Part shown: positions 6,934-14,529 of the stretch, piece after piece | Layout: every line of letters begins with the position of its first letter | How positions within the stretch are numbered: position 1 is the first letter of the stretch | NCBI GenBank assembly: GCA_013003215.1 | Contig: JABDKD010000164.1 | Location: 1-24,000, forward strand | Origin: Pyrinomonadaceae bacterium | GTDB taxonomy: Bacteria > Acidobacteriota > Blastocatellia > Pyrinomonadales > Pyrinomonadaceae | Length of the DNA: 24,000 nt | Reading direction: 5' to 3' | Made by a program: the position numbers and the translations under genes | The notes under the pieces: model-generated | What the model was told of the DNA's origin: nothing | Database searches by the model: none | Seen by the model: the letters and a program-made list of their open reading frames with translations, nothing else

Positions 6934-7947
6934 ATGACAAAGAACCCTTTAATCCAGATCCAAAGGCGAAACGGAAAACCGGCGCTACCGGATTCCCGCG
7001 TCAGTTTTGATGAGCATTTAAAAATGCAGGATCTTGATCTACGTGCTTCAAAGATCGAGATACTTCAATTGAACGTAGGAAAACTTTGCAATCAGGCTTG
7101 CAAACACTGTCATGTAGATGCTTCTCCGACGAGAACTGAAATCATAGGACGGGAAACGATCGACCATTGTCTTGAGGTAATGCGAAAGCATTCGATTCCT
7201 ACACTCGACATCACCGGCGGTGCTCCCGAGTTAATTCCGGACTTCAGATATTTGGTGACCGAGGCTAAGAATTCCGGAGCACTTGTCATGGTCAGGCACA
7301 ACCTGACAGTGATGTTCGAAGAAAACCAAAAAGACCTGCCTGATTTCTTCGCAGAAAATGCAGTCGAGGTAGTTTCATCGCTTCCGTATTTTCAGGAACA
7401 GCAAACCGACGCGCAGCGGGGTTCCGGAGTATTCGAAAAATCAGTTGAAGCCCTAAAGCACTTGAACGCTGTGGGTTACGGCGTAGAGCAAGGGCTTGTA
7501 TTGAATCTTGTTTACAACCCTGTGGGGGCATTTCTTCCTCCGGAGCAGGCCTCGATCGAGGCGGATTTCAGACGCGAACTCCGAAAAAGATATGGCATCG
7601 AATTTAACAATCTATTCACGATTACCAACATGCCGATCGCCCGTTTTCTGGACTGGCTAAGAAGCTCAGGCAACGAGCAGAGCTATATGAACCGTCTTGT
7701 TAACTCTTTTAATCCTGCAACGGTCGAGGGACTCATGTGCAGGAACACTCTGAGCGTCGATTGGCTGGGGAACCTGTATGACTGCGACTTCAACCAGATG
7801 CTCGAGATCCCTGTTAACGTTTCTAATGCTCAACACATAAGCGAATTTGATGTTCGAGAACTCGAAGGCCGCAGGATTGCGACCAACTCACATTGTTTCG
7901 GCTGTACGGCCGGTTCCGGGTCTTCCTGTGGAGGAGCAGTCGGGTAA
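6934..7947 (+). CDS. arsS: ArsS-family radical SAM protein (radical SAM plus Cys-rich DUF3641 'selenodomain'), all-Cys form
   Basis: 337 aa. The CxxxCxxC cluster reads LNVGKLCNQACKHCHV. Other family motifs are LDITGGAPELIP, ITNMPIARF, LYDCDFNQML and the C-terminal HCFGCTAGSGSSCGG. The Cys in SSCGG is a TGT codon. Confidence 0.9.
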   Translation: MTKNPLIQIQRRNGKPALPDSRVSFDEHLKMQDLDLRASKIEILQLNVGKLCNQACKHCHVDASPTRTEIIGRETIDHCLEVMRKHSIPTLDITGGAPELIPDFRYLVTEAKNSGALVMVRHNLTVMFEENQKDLPDFFAENAVEVVSSLPYFQEQQTDAQRGSGVFEKSVEALKHLNAVGYGVEQGLVLNLVYNPVGAFLPPEQASIEADFRRELRKRYGIEFNNLFTITNMPIARFLDWLRSSGNEQSYMNRLVNSFNPATVEGLMCRNTLSVDWLGNLYDCDFNQMLEIPVNVSNAQHISEFDVRELEGRRIATNSHCFGCTAGSGSSCGGAVG

Positions 7948-7993
7948 GAGGGTAGGAAGGCTGGCAGGGGGGTAGGTGAGTTGAGTAGGAGTG
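7948..7993. repeat. purine-rich GTAGG/AGG short-period patch directly after the arsS stop
   Basis: Seen in sequence: GAGGGTAGGAAGGCTGGCAGGGGGGTAGGTGAGTTGAGTAGGAGTG. Confidence 0.6.
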
Positions 7994-8020
7994 CCGCCGA
8001 TAGATACTGTCTTGAATTAG

Positions 8021-8132
8021 CCATCGTAGATGGTGGCAGCATGTAGCCCATAGCGTGAGCTATTGGTTATCGACCGTTTGAACCAAAGCCCTCGTAGAGG
8101 GCGATAGACGATTCCGCCGCGGTTCGCCGCGG
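8021..8132. other. cluster of short GC-rich hairpins (GTA triloops, GTGA and TTCG tetraloops)
   Basis: Four clean hairpins: CCATC-GTA-GATGG (8021-8033), ATAGC-GTGA-GCTAT (8050-8063), GCCCTC-GTA-GAGGGC (8088-8102) and CCGCGG-TTCG-CCGCGG (8117-8132). TTGGTT-N12-AACCAA (8063-8086) is an alternative pairing. Confidence 0.55.
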
Positions 8133-8145
8133 ATTGAAACGGATC

Positions 8146-8195
8146 TGAGAAAAAAAGATAAAACTCCCCGGCCGTGGAGGCACGCACACGCGGGG
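8146..8195 (-). terminator. probable rho-independent terminator of the kinase/aminotransferase unit
   Basis: On the minus strand, CCCCGCGTG...CACGGCCGGGG forms about 9 bp with a 2-nt bulge. It is followed by AGTTTTATCTTTTTTTC and lies about 20 nt past the aminotransferase stop. Confidence 0.5.
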
Positions 8196-8216
8196 ATTGT
8201 ATGGGTCGACCGTCCG

Positions 8217-9062
8217 CTACGCACTTTTCGCAGAAACCCATTTGATCTCCGAGAGGCCATAGGATTCGTAGAATCCTGCAGGGAGCGGAGCGAATCTTCT
8301 TGTTCCTGAATCGAACGCTATCTCACTCACCTCGGCAATTCCAAGACCTGCTGAGGTAAGAAACACGTGGTCAGCCTGGGACAATGCTTCAATTCCGGCC
8401 TCCACGAGTGAGACATACCATTTTTCCGCAATAAATGATCTTGTCGTTCCGGTGAGGCATCCCGTTTCAACCGGAGGAGTAAAAAACTTGCCGTCACGAA
8501 CCCAAAAAAGGTTCGCCATGCAGGCAGATACCAATTGGTACTTTTCGTTGAGACGAACAGCTTCATCGAAGCCGGCACGCAAAGCCGCGTCATAAGAGAT
8601 CGTTTGCTCGAGGTAATTGCACGTCTTGATGTTGTTCAAAGGTGCGGTTGAAGAGACCATAAACGGCGAAATGCCAAGTCTAAGTCCTTTTGGCCGAACC
8701 CGCCGGTCAGCCGTTTGAATCAAAACCGAGGACTTGAGCTCGGTGAGGCTCTTCCAAATCGCGGACGCGGACGAATCAAAAAGAGTGATCCGCGCCCTGC
8801 CCTCACCAACTTTGTTCTCTTGCAAAAGGGCGCTGAGGGATTCAATCAGTGAGTCGTGCGAAACCTGCTCGATCTCTATACCCAGCCGGGAAGCGTTCTC
8901 ATTGAGCCGGTGCCAATGCCTTTCGAAAAGAAACGGTTTTCGATCGATAATTGCGATGGTGGTGAAAACACCTTTGCCGTAGAGTCCTGAAACGGACACG
9001 GGCGACATCGAGGCGTCCTCCGACTTAATTATTTCGCTATTGAATGATACCAACCGATGCAT
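8217..9062 (-). CDS. class IV (fold type IV) aminotransferase family protein, aminodeoxychorismate lyase / branched-chain aminotransferase-like
   Basis: 281 aa. The N-terminal pattern SVSGLYGKGVFTTIAIIDRKPFLFERHWHRLNENASRLGI matches the family's G-x-G-x-F-E/T...H-x-x-R-L signature. Size and C-terminal GxTR-type segment (CLTGTTRSF) fit. I cannot distinguish PabC from IlvE-like. Confidence 0.75.
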   Translation of the reverse strand: MHRLVSFNSEIIKSEDASMSPVSVSGLYGKGVFTTIAIIDRKPFLFERHWHRLNENASRLGIEIEQVSHDSLIESLSALLQENKVGEGRARITLFDSSASAIWKSLTELKSSVLIQTADRRVRPKGLRLGISPFMVSSTAPLNNIKTCNYLEQTISYDAALRAGFDEAVRLNEKYQLVSACMANLFWVRDGKFFTPPVETGCLTGTTRSFIAEKWYVSLVEAGIEALSQADHVFLTSAGLGIAEVSEIAFDSGTRRFAPLPAGFYESYGLSEIKWVSAKSA

Positions 9063-12058
9063 TAGCTGGCGGCCCTGTGGTCACTTTTTCGGGCAATCGG
9101 AAATATCAGTGTGAAGGTTGTACCCTTACCAACTTCACTGTTGGCAGTGATCGTCCCTGAGTGTTCCTGCACGATTCCGTATGAAACGGCCATTCCAAGG
9201 CCGGTTCCGCTACCAACGGATTTTGTTGTAAAGAATGGATCGTAAATCTTGTTGATGTCTTCTGGGTTGATGCCGCTGCCGTCGTCCTCAACCTCAATCA
9301 CAACCTCATTCTCATTGCGATAAGAGGTCCGCAGCGTAATCGATCCCTCACTAACGATCGCATCACGCGCGTTTATGACCAAATTCGTAAATACCTGCTG
9401 AAGCTTTCCTGCATCCCCGTGAATTACCGGTGGAACATCCGCATATTCCTTCATGATCGCAATTCGGGACTTCCTCATCTGGGGTTCAAGCAACTGGAGA
9501 GTGTCATCCAAGAGCTTATTTACATCGATATCTCCAAATTCGGAGAGATCTCCGGATCTGGAGAAATTCAGCAGATTTCCAACGATATTTGAAGCTCGAT
9601 CGGTCTGTTTTTGAACCTTTTTCAGGAGCTCGTGTTTCGGGTCGGTATCGGGAATCATCCCGAGCAGCATCTGGGTATAGCTCGAGACTCCCGTAAGAGG
9701 GGTATTCACTTCGTGCGCGACACCCGCCGCGAGAAGACCGATACTCGAAAGCTTCTCATTCTGCTGGAGACCATCCTCAAGTTTTACCCGGGAGGTAACA
9801 TTCTCGAGCAGGACAATAGCGCCCTCCTGGTCTTCAACCTCGGAACGCAATGGAGCAATTGCTACGTTCAGAATCAGTTCCTCACCGTCACTTCGCGATG
9901 TCCTGACCTTGTACGCGTTTCGAATGTCTGTCAGGCGCCAGCTTGATTTACCGAGAATGTTCTCCAACTTTGCAGCAAATCCTTCTTCAAATAGATCTGT
10001 AATCTCCCTGCCGACTGCTTCACGCCGATCAAAGCGGAACATATTTTCAAAGGATGTGTTGCAGCGGGTGATCGTCCCCTGATCGTTAACTGCAATCAAT
10101 CCTACATTTACAGACTCTACAATGGATTCATTGAATTCCTTGAGCAAAGCCATCTCCTCAGCCCTGTCTTCCTGTTCCTGGAGCAGGAGCGAGTTATCAA
10201 TAGCGACAGCAACGTACCCTGAAACTGTTTGCAAAATCCCGATGTCTTCGGAAGAAAGCAATGAGCCGTCCTTGGCACGCCCCAGACCGATCACAGCAAC
10301 CATTCGGCCTCTGACCACACATGGTACGAAGTAGTGGAGTTCCTGTCTGGCACTCTTACCGCCATTCTCGCCATTCGATCCGCCGCTACCGTTTATCGAT
10401 CCTGTCTTACCATTACCGCTCTCGATCTCGAGAAAAGCCATTTCATCCGCGCGGACCACGCCTTTCGCAGCAGACTTTTGCCGAATCATATTCCGGAAGT
10501 CACGCGGAATCTCGTAATCCTCGCTGAGTCCAACCGACTTGGCAATCCGATACTCTTCCGGCGCTGTGTAGTCTTCGACAAACACCGTCACCTTTTCTAC
10601 ATCGAGAACCTGCTGAAGCCTTTCAGCCAGACCATCCAACAAATGAGTAAGAGACGTCGTCGCCGAAAGTGTTCGCCCAAAATCGAGTAATCCACGACGC
10701 AGGTCATAGCGTTCGCCATAGAAGTACCGCTCGGTTCGCTCCTGCAAGAACTTCTTCAGCGGTTCCGACAAAAGCACGATCGCTCCCATCGCAACGACCG
10801 CGATAACACTTCTCAGAGCAATCTCGGTGTTTGAAAGATTCTCACCGATAAACAGGAATACAAGTCCCAAAGCGACTGCGCCGATCATCATAGCAATCGC
10901 CATTGTGGTCAAAGCGAATACCAGTGCCCTGCGGACCACTACATCCACGTCCATAAGCCTGTATCGGACAACAGAATGGCCAAAGCTGAGAGGGATAAGG
11001 GCAAGCGGCAATATCGTTAAAGAGGCTGTCAGACCATCTTCAGGCAAATAAATGATCCGTTTCGCAATCTGATAGGCAAACACGGGCAGCGCAGCAACGA
11101 TCGTTCCCCACATTGCCCATTTCAAACGTTGCCTAACCAGCGCATTCTTGTTTCCAAAGAAGCGCCACATCAATATCCCGGCGCCTATTGAAATACCACC
11201 AACGAAGTGCCAGAAGAAGCTCAGATTTAAGATAGAGAAAACGTCATTGGCGATTACGAAACCGTAAAGGCTGTCAGTGACCGCCCTGCTAGGGATCAAG
11301 TTATAGGCGAGCGAAAGGAATACATCCGCGACAACAAGGACCGCAGCTGGCACATAAAGCAAATAGGTCTTCCACTTCTGATCATCAAACACCTGGCTAC
11401 GAACCGGGTATCGAAGGCAAAAATGCAGAAAGAGCGGCACAAAGAAGGCGAACGCAATGTTGTCGATCAACTGGATGCCAAGGTCAAAATCCTCACCAAG
11501 TCCGAGGGGTTTGTAAGTGTGGAAAACAAAGGCAGCCAGGCAGAGCGTCGCAAAATGAAGTACAAACGGAGACCCGCTTCCCTGCTTGAACAATACAAAT
11601 ATACTGACCAAAAGCCAGATGCAGCCAACGATTGTCAGAAGTACAATGGTAGGAGTCCAACGGGGTTCGGTGTCAATGTTCTTGAGATCCGCGTTATAGA
11701 AATTATTCTCAAAAGTATAGCTTGGTCTTTGGAAGAAATACGTAAGACTTCCACCCGGGCCGGCGGTCTCCAAAAATATCTGTATGTCCTCGAGGCTGGT
11801 GATCTCTTGGATCTTTTCATCCTCAAGACCGATTCCGATCAGCCTGTCGCCGTTGGCTAGCCCGGCGCGGGCCGCCGCTAAATCAGGACGGACCTCTTTT
11901 GCGTATAATCCGCCATCCCGCATCTCCCAACTTACGCCGTCAGTTGGGGGCAGTTGCTTATACCCACGCTGAGTCAGGTTTAGGGCACCGCCAACAAAGA
12001 ACAGAACGGCAAAAAGCAGCCAAACCAGTCCCCAACTTGTAAGTACCTTACCCTTCAT
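9062..12058 (-). CDS. multi-pass membrane sensor histidine kinase (PDZ-like, polytopic TM region, GAF, PAS, HisKA, HATPase_c)
   Basis: 998 aa. An N-terminal TM helix is followed by a PDZ-like segment (AAARAGLANGDRLIGI) and about 10 hydrophobic helices. The GAF-like region carries a G/S/N-rich insert (ESGNGKTGSINGSGGSNGENGG). A PAS-like region follows. Kinase boxes are H (AAGVAHEVNTPL), N (NLVINARDA), G1 (DDGSGI) and G2 (GSGTGLGM). No response regulator is adjacent. Confidence 0.9.
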   Translation of the reverse strand: MKGKVLTSWGLVWLLFAVLFFVGGALNLTQRGYKQLPPTDGVSWEMRDGGLYAKEVRPDLAAARAGLANGDRLIGIGLEDEKIQEITSLEDIQIFLETAGPGGSLTYFFQRPSYTFENNFYNADLKNIDTEPRWTPTIVLLTIVGCIWLLVSIFVLFKQGSGSPFVLHFATLCLAAFVFHTYKPLGLGEDFDLGIQLIDNIAFAFFVPLFLHFCLRYPVRSQVFDDQKWKTYLLYVPAAVLVVADVFLSLAYNLIPSRAVTDSLYGFVIANDVFSILNLSFFWHFVGGISIGAGILMWRFFGNKNALVRQRLKWAMWGTIVAALPVFAYQIAKRIIYLPEDGLTASLTILPLALIPLSFGHSVVRYRLMDVDVVVRRALVFALTTMAIAMMIGAVALGLVFLFIGENLSNTEIALRSVIAVVAMGAIVLLSEPLKKFLQERTERYFYGERYDLRRGLLDFGRTLSATTSLTHLLDGLAERLQQVLDVEKVTVFVEDYTAPEEYRIAKSVGLSEDYEIPRDFRNMIRQKSAAKGVVRADEMAFLEIESGNGKTGSINGSGGSNGENGGKSARQELHYFVPCVVRGRMVAVIGLGRAKDGSLLSSEDIGILQTVSGYVAVAIDNSLLLQEQEDRAEEMALLKEFNESIVESVNVGLIAVNDQGTITRCNTSFENMFRFDRREAVGREITDLFEEGFAAKLENILGKSSWRLTDIRNAYKVRTSRSDGEELILNVAIAPLRSEVEDQEGAIVLLENVTSRVKLEDGLQQNEKLSSIGLLAAGVAHEVNTPLTGVSSYTQMLLGMIPDTDPKHELLKKVQKQTDRASNIVGNLLNFSRSGDLSEFGDIDVNKLLDDTLQLLEPQMRKSRIAIMKEYADVPPVIHGDAGKLQQVFTNLVINARDAIVSEGSITLRTSYRNENEVVIEVEDDGSGINPEDINKIYDPFFTTKSVGSGTGLGMAVSYGIVQEHSGTITANSEVGKGTTFTLIFPIARKSDHRAAS

Positions 12059-12221
12059 AATTTAGGCGAAATTACCCGAAAGAATAATGACGCAATATTT
12101 GTACCAGTAATTACCTCGTGCGATTTGACCCTAACCTCCCTACTTTCAATGTTTTCCAGTCGGTCAAATTGACATTCACAAACATTTCATCCAGAAAATG
12201 AACAAAAATCCAAGAATTTGG

Positions 12222-12248
12222 ACAAAAAAATGACCGCACAAATTGCGG
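12222..12248 (-). terminator. possible weak rho-independent terminator after the beta-barrel gene
   Basis: Minus strand reads CCGCA-ATTTG-TGCGG (rc of 12234-12248), then TCATTTTTTTG. The stem is only 5 bp. Confidence 0.35.
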
Positions 12249-12331
12249 CCGATCATGATTCCAAATTCTTTTTTCGCTATGAATAACCTCAATAACCAAG
12301 CGGCTATTCCTCCATTTTGTCGTGTCAGATA

Positions 12332-14080
12332 TCAGAACCTGACCAAAATACTTCCACGCACCATTCTTCGTTGCGAGCTAAGTGTAAGCGCTCCCTTGTC
12401 TCGGCCGACTCCACCGTTAAAATCGAATACGTTCCTGGCGTCAAGCGTCGCTTCTGCATCGATTGGAAGACCCCAACTTGGCAATTCCTGTGTAACAAGC
12501 ACACTCAAACCCGGATCATAAATTGCCAGTCGGCCCTCGAAAGGATCGATTGCAAAAACGGTCGCATCAGGCGAGAACCTGAAAACAGTGCTTACTGAAG
12601 TGCCCGTAGCAAAATCCGCTGAAAGTCTGCCGAAGACCGATTGGAAAAGACCGTCCTTAAAAAGTGAGGCTGGATCGGTAACTGCCTTATCGGAAAACTC
12701 TTGCCCGGTACCAAAAGCATAACCGCCGGAAGTACTGAACACTCCGCCAAGTCTGCGGTTAAGCACGACCCTCATTCCGGTTGCGCCGCCTTCCTGGCGT
12801 CCGACAAACCTCGAAAACGCATCGCCCGCCTCAAATGGCATCCGATCGATTCCGACCCCTCTGCCTTTCACGGTATCCAGAAACAGGTTCGCCTCAAGGT
12901 TAGTCCTGTTATCAAGTACCCTTTCGACTCCGATCTCAAAACGACTGCTGCGATTCATCTGCGGTTCACCTTCAACCACTGAGATATCATCGACCGCCGT
13001 TGGTTCGGCGAACAGTACCTGACTGCTTTCCAAAGCAATGACCTTACTCCATGAACGTTCTTCCGTCCTGGTCGTATAAGCTGAGCGTAAGCGCGTTTTG
13101 GAATCCAAATCATATTGGACCCCGATTCTGGGAGCTATAGAAGAAGCATCACCGGCTCCAATAAACCTGGAGTAATCGACACCGAAGAGGAGAACGATAC
13201 CTTCCTTAACCTTCCACTGATCTGTTGCCCGGAATGAAACCTGAGAGAGTTCGTCCTTGTTTTCCTCATTCAAGATCGAACCAATTTGCGAAACCGAACC
13301 CCGCAACTTAATCCTGTGGTCCTTGCCCGGCGAAAAGCTGAACTCTGTTTCAAGCCTGTTTCCCGCGTTTCGGCCTCTGCTAACCTGACCCGCAACCAGC
13401 AACTCCGAGGACTCTCCAACGGGCCTAAGAGTCGCGAAATTGATACCCTGTACCGCCCCGCGTTTTGAAGTGCCGGCAAATGACTCAATTACTGATGTCG
13501 ATTTACGCTCAACCTTGTCTATCGAATTCGAATCCGGCGCGACATCCAGTGTTGCGACGGTATCCTCGCTCACAGGTGTTTTTCCTTCGTCGATTTGATA
13601 AATCGATCTGCGAGCTGCTCGAATGGCCCACTTGGAACTCTTCCTGTCAGCACGTTTTTCCGGCAGTGTGTTACCGCGTCCGGCTCTTTCGAGCCTAAAA
13701 CCGTATACGAGCTCAGAAGACCTTTTTACACGAACCTTATTAAGGGTGACGGGGTTGAAGCCCTGCGCGACCGCGAGAACCGTGTAGGTTCCAGGAACGA
13801 TCTTGGCAAAGAATTTACCTGATTTGGTGGCAGTTACCTGTCTTAGAAGTTTGGAAGTGCCAAGCTTGAAAACCGCGACCGTCGCCCTGGAAATCGGTTT
13901 GCCGCGCTTATCACGTACCACACCCTTGATGATCCCGTATGTGCCGGCTTTTACAGAACCAGTTGTTTCAGGTGCAGGCTTTTCCGGAACGGGCGTCCCT
14001 GCAAATGCAGAATAGACCCCGCCCAGAGCGACGAATATCGTCAGCAGTTTTGTAATTCCTTTTCCTCGGCCGAACCCCAT
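12332..14080 (-). CDS. outer-membrane beta-barrel protein with N-terminal carboxypeptidase-regulatory-like domain (no recognisable plug)
   Basis: The track ORF starts at TTG 14113. I prefer ATG 14080, which has AGGAGG 12 nt upstream. The signal peptide is MGFGRGKGITKLLTIFVALGGVYSAFA. The CarboxypepD_reg-like segment is GIIKGVVRDKRGKPISRATVAVF...GTYTVLAVAQGF. The sequence has beta-strand-rich alternation and ends ...GSILVRF. Confidence 0.8.
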   Translation of the reverse strand: MGFGRGKGITKLLTIFVALGGVYSAFAGTPVPEKPAPETTGSVKAGTYGIIKGVVRDKRGKPISRATVAVFKLGTSKLLRQVTATKSGKFFAKIVPGTYTVLAVAQGFNPVTLNKVRVKRSSELVYGFRLERAGRGNTLPEKRADRKSSKWAIRAARRSIYQIDEGKTPVSEDTVATLDVAPDSNSIDKVERKSTSVIESFAGTSKRGAVQGINFATLRPVGESSELLVAGQVSRGRNAGNRLETEFSFSPGKDHRIKLRGSVSQIGSILNEENKDELSQVSFRATDQWKVKEGIVLLFGVDYSRFIGAGDASSIAPRIGVQYDLDSKTRLRSAYTTRTEERSWSKVIALESSQVLFAEPTAVDDISVVEGEPQMNRSSRFEIGVERVLDNRTNLEANLFLDTVKGRGVGIDRMPFEAGDAFSRFVGRQEGGATGMRVVLNRRLGGVFSTSGGYAFGTGQEFSDKAVTDPASLFKDGLFQSVFGRLSADFATGTSVSTVFRFSPDATVFAIDPFEGRLAIYDPGLSVLVTQELPSWGLPIDAEATLDARNVFDFNGGVGRDKGALTLSSQRRMVRGSILVRF

Positions 14081-14252
14081 GAAAGGCGGGAACCTCCTGT
14101 AAAAACTACCCAAGGAGAACTAATTCAGAAGCAGTAAAAATTATTCCAAGCGTGTCGTGTGTTTACACGATCTATCATTCTCTGTTCTTTAAATAAAAGT
14201 GTCAAGTTATAAAACGACCGCTATTTGGGGTGTAAGATGCCGTGAAACTTGA

Positions 14253-14280
14253 CAAAGTTTGCCGAGCAACTAGAATGTTT
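14253..14280 (+). promoter_or_regulatory. sigma70-like promoter for tRNA-Ser
   Basis: TTGACA (14253-14258), a 16-nt spacer, then TAGAAT (14275-14280), about 48 nt upstream of the tRNA 5' end. Confidence 0.4.
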
Positions 14281-14328
14281 CTTGCGATAAAATGCGGGTT
14301 GGAGCAGATCATACCGTGTTTTACCGAC

Positions 14329-14420
14329 GGAGATGTGGCTGAGTGGCTGAAAGCGGCGGTTTGCTAAATCGTTAAGGGTGTAACAGCCCTTCACAGGTTC
14401 GAATCCTGTCATCTCCGCCA
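14329..14420 (+). tRNA. tRNA-Ser (anticodon GCU), class II with long variable arm, CCA encoded
   Basis: The acceptor stem GGAGATG pairs with CATCTCC. The anticodon loop is TTGCTAA. The variable arm is AAGGG...CCCTT. The T-arm is ACAGG-TTCGAAT-CCTGT, followed by discriminator G and CCA. Confidence 0.95.
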
Positions 14421-14444
14421 GCATATTTCAGACAAAATGAAACG

Positions 14445-14476
14445 AGCTGTCAAACTAGTGATTTGATGGCTTTTTG
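14445..14476 (+). terminator. probable terminator after tRNA-Ser
   Basis: AGCTGTCAAA (14445-14454) pairs with TTTGATGGCT (14462-14471), giving 10 bp including two G-U pairs. The loop is CTAGTGA and TTTTTG follows. Confidence 0.55.
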
Positions 14477-14529
14477 TCGTATTAGGACACGTTTGACGCT
14501 GCGGTTAAGACCGCTTAGAGAATAGCTTT

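Noticed and set aside
8100-8140. CRISPR-like look: stem-loop plus ATTGAAAC (also CAATTGAAATCAC near 22078-22090)
   Set aside because: No unit is repeated at regular spacing with unique spacers, each hairpin has a different sequence, and no cas genes are present. This is not a CRISPR array.
8017-8260. Two minus-strand ORFs (74 and 66 aa) in the arsS/aminotransferase spacer
   Set aside because: They run through the hairpin cluster and the terminator and overlap each other. Their Arg-rich translations carry no signal.
14221-14424. 67-aa minus-strand ORF
   Set aside because: It lies antisense to the tRNA-Ser gene and its promoter, so it is spurious.
14493-14529. Possible gltX promoter (TTGACG ... 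TAGAGAAT) implying a near-leaderless mRNA
   Set aside because: The spacing is ambiguous (17 or 19 nt), the -10 candidate is weak, and it would leave under 10 nt of leader. This is not enough evidence to report it as a feature.
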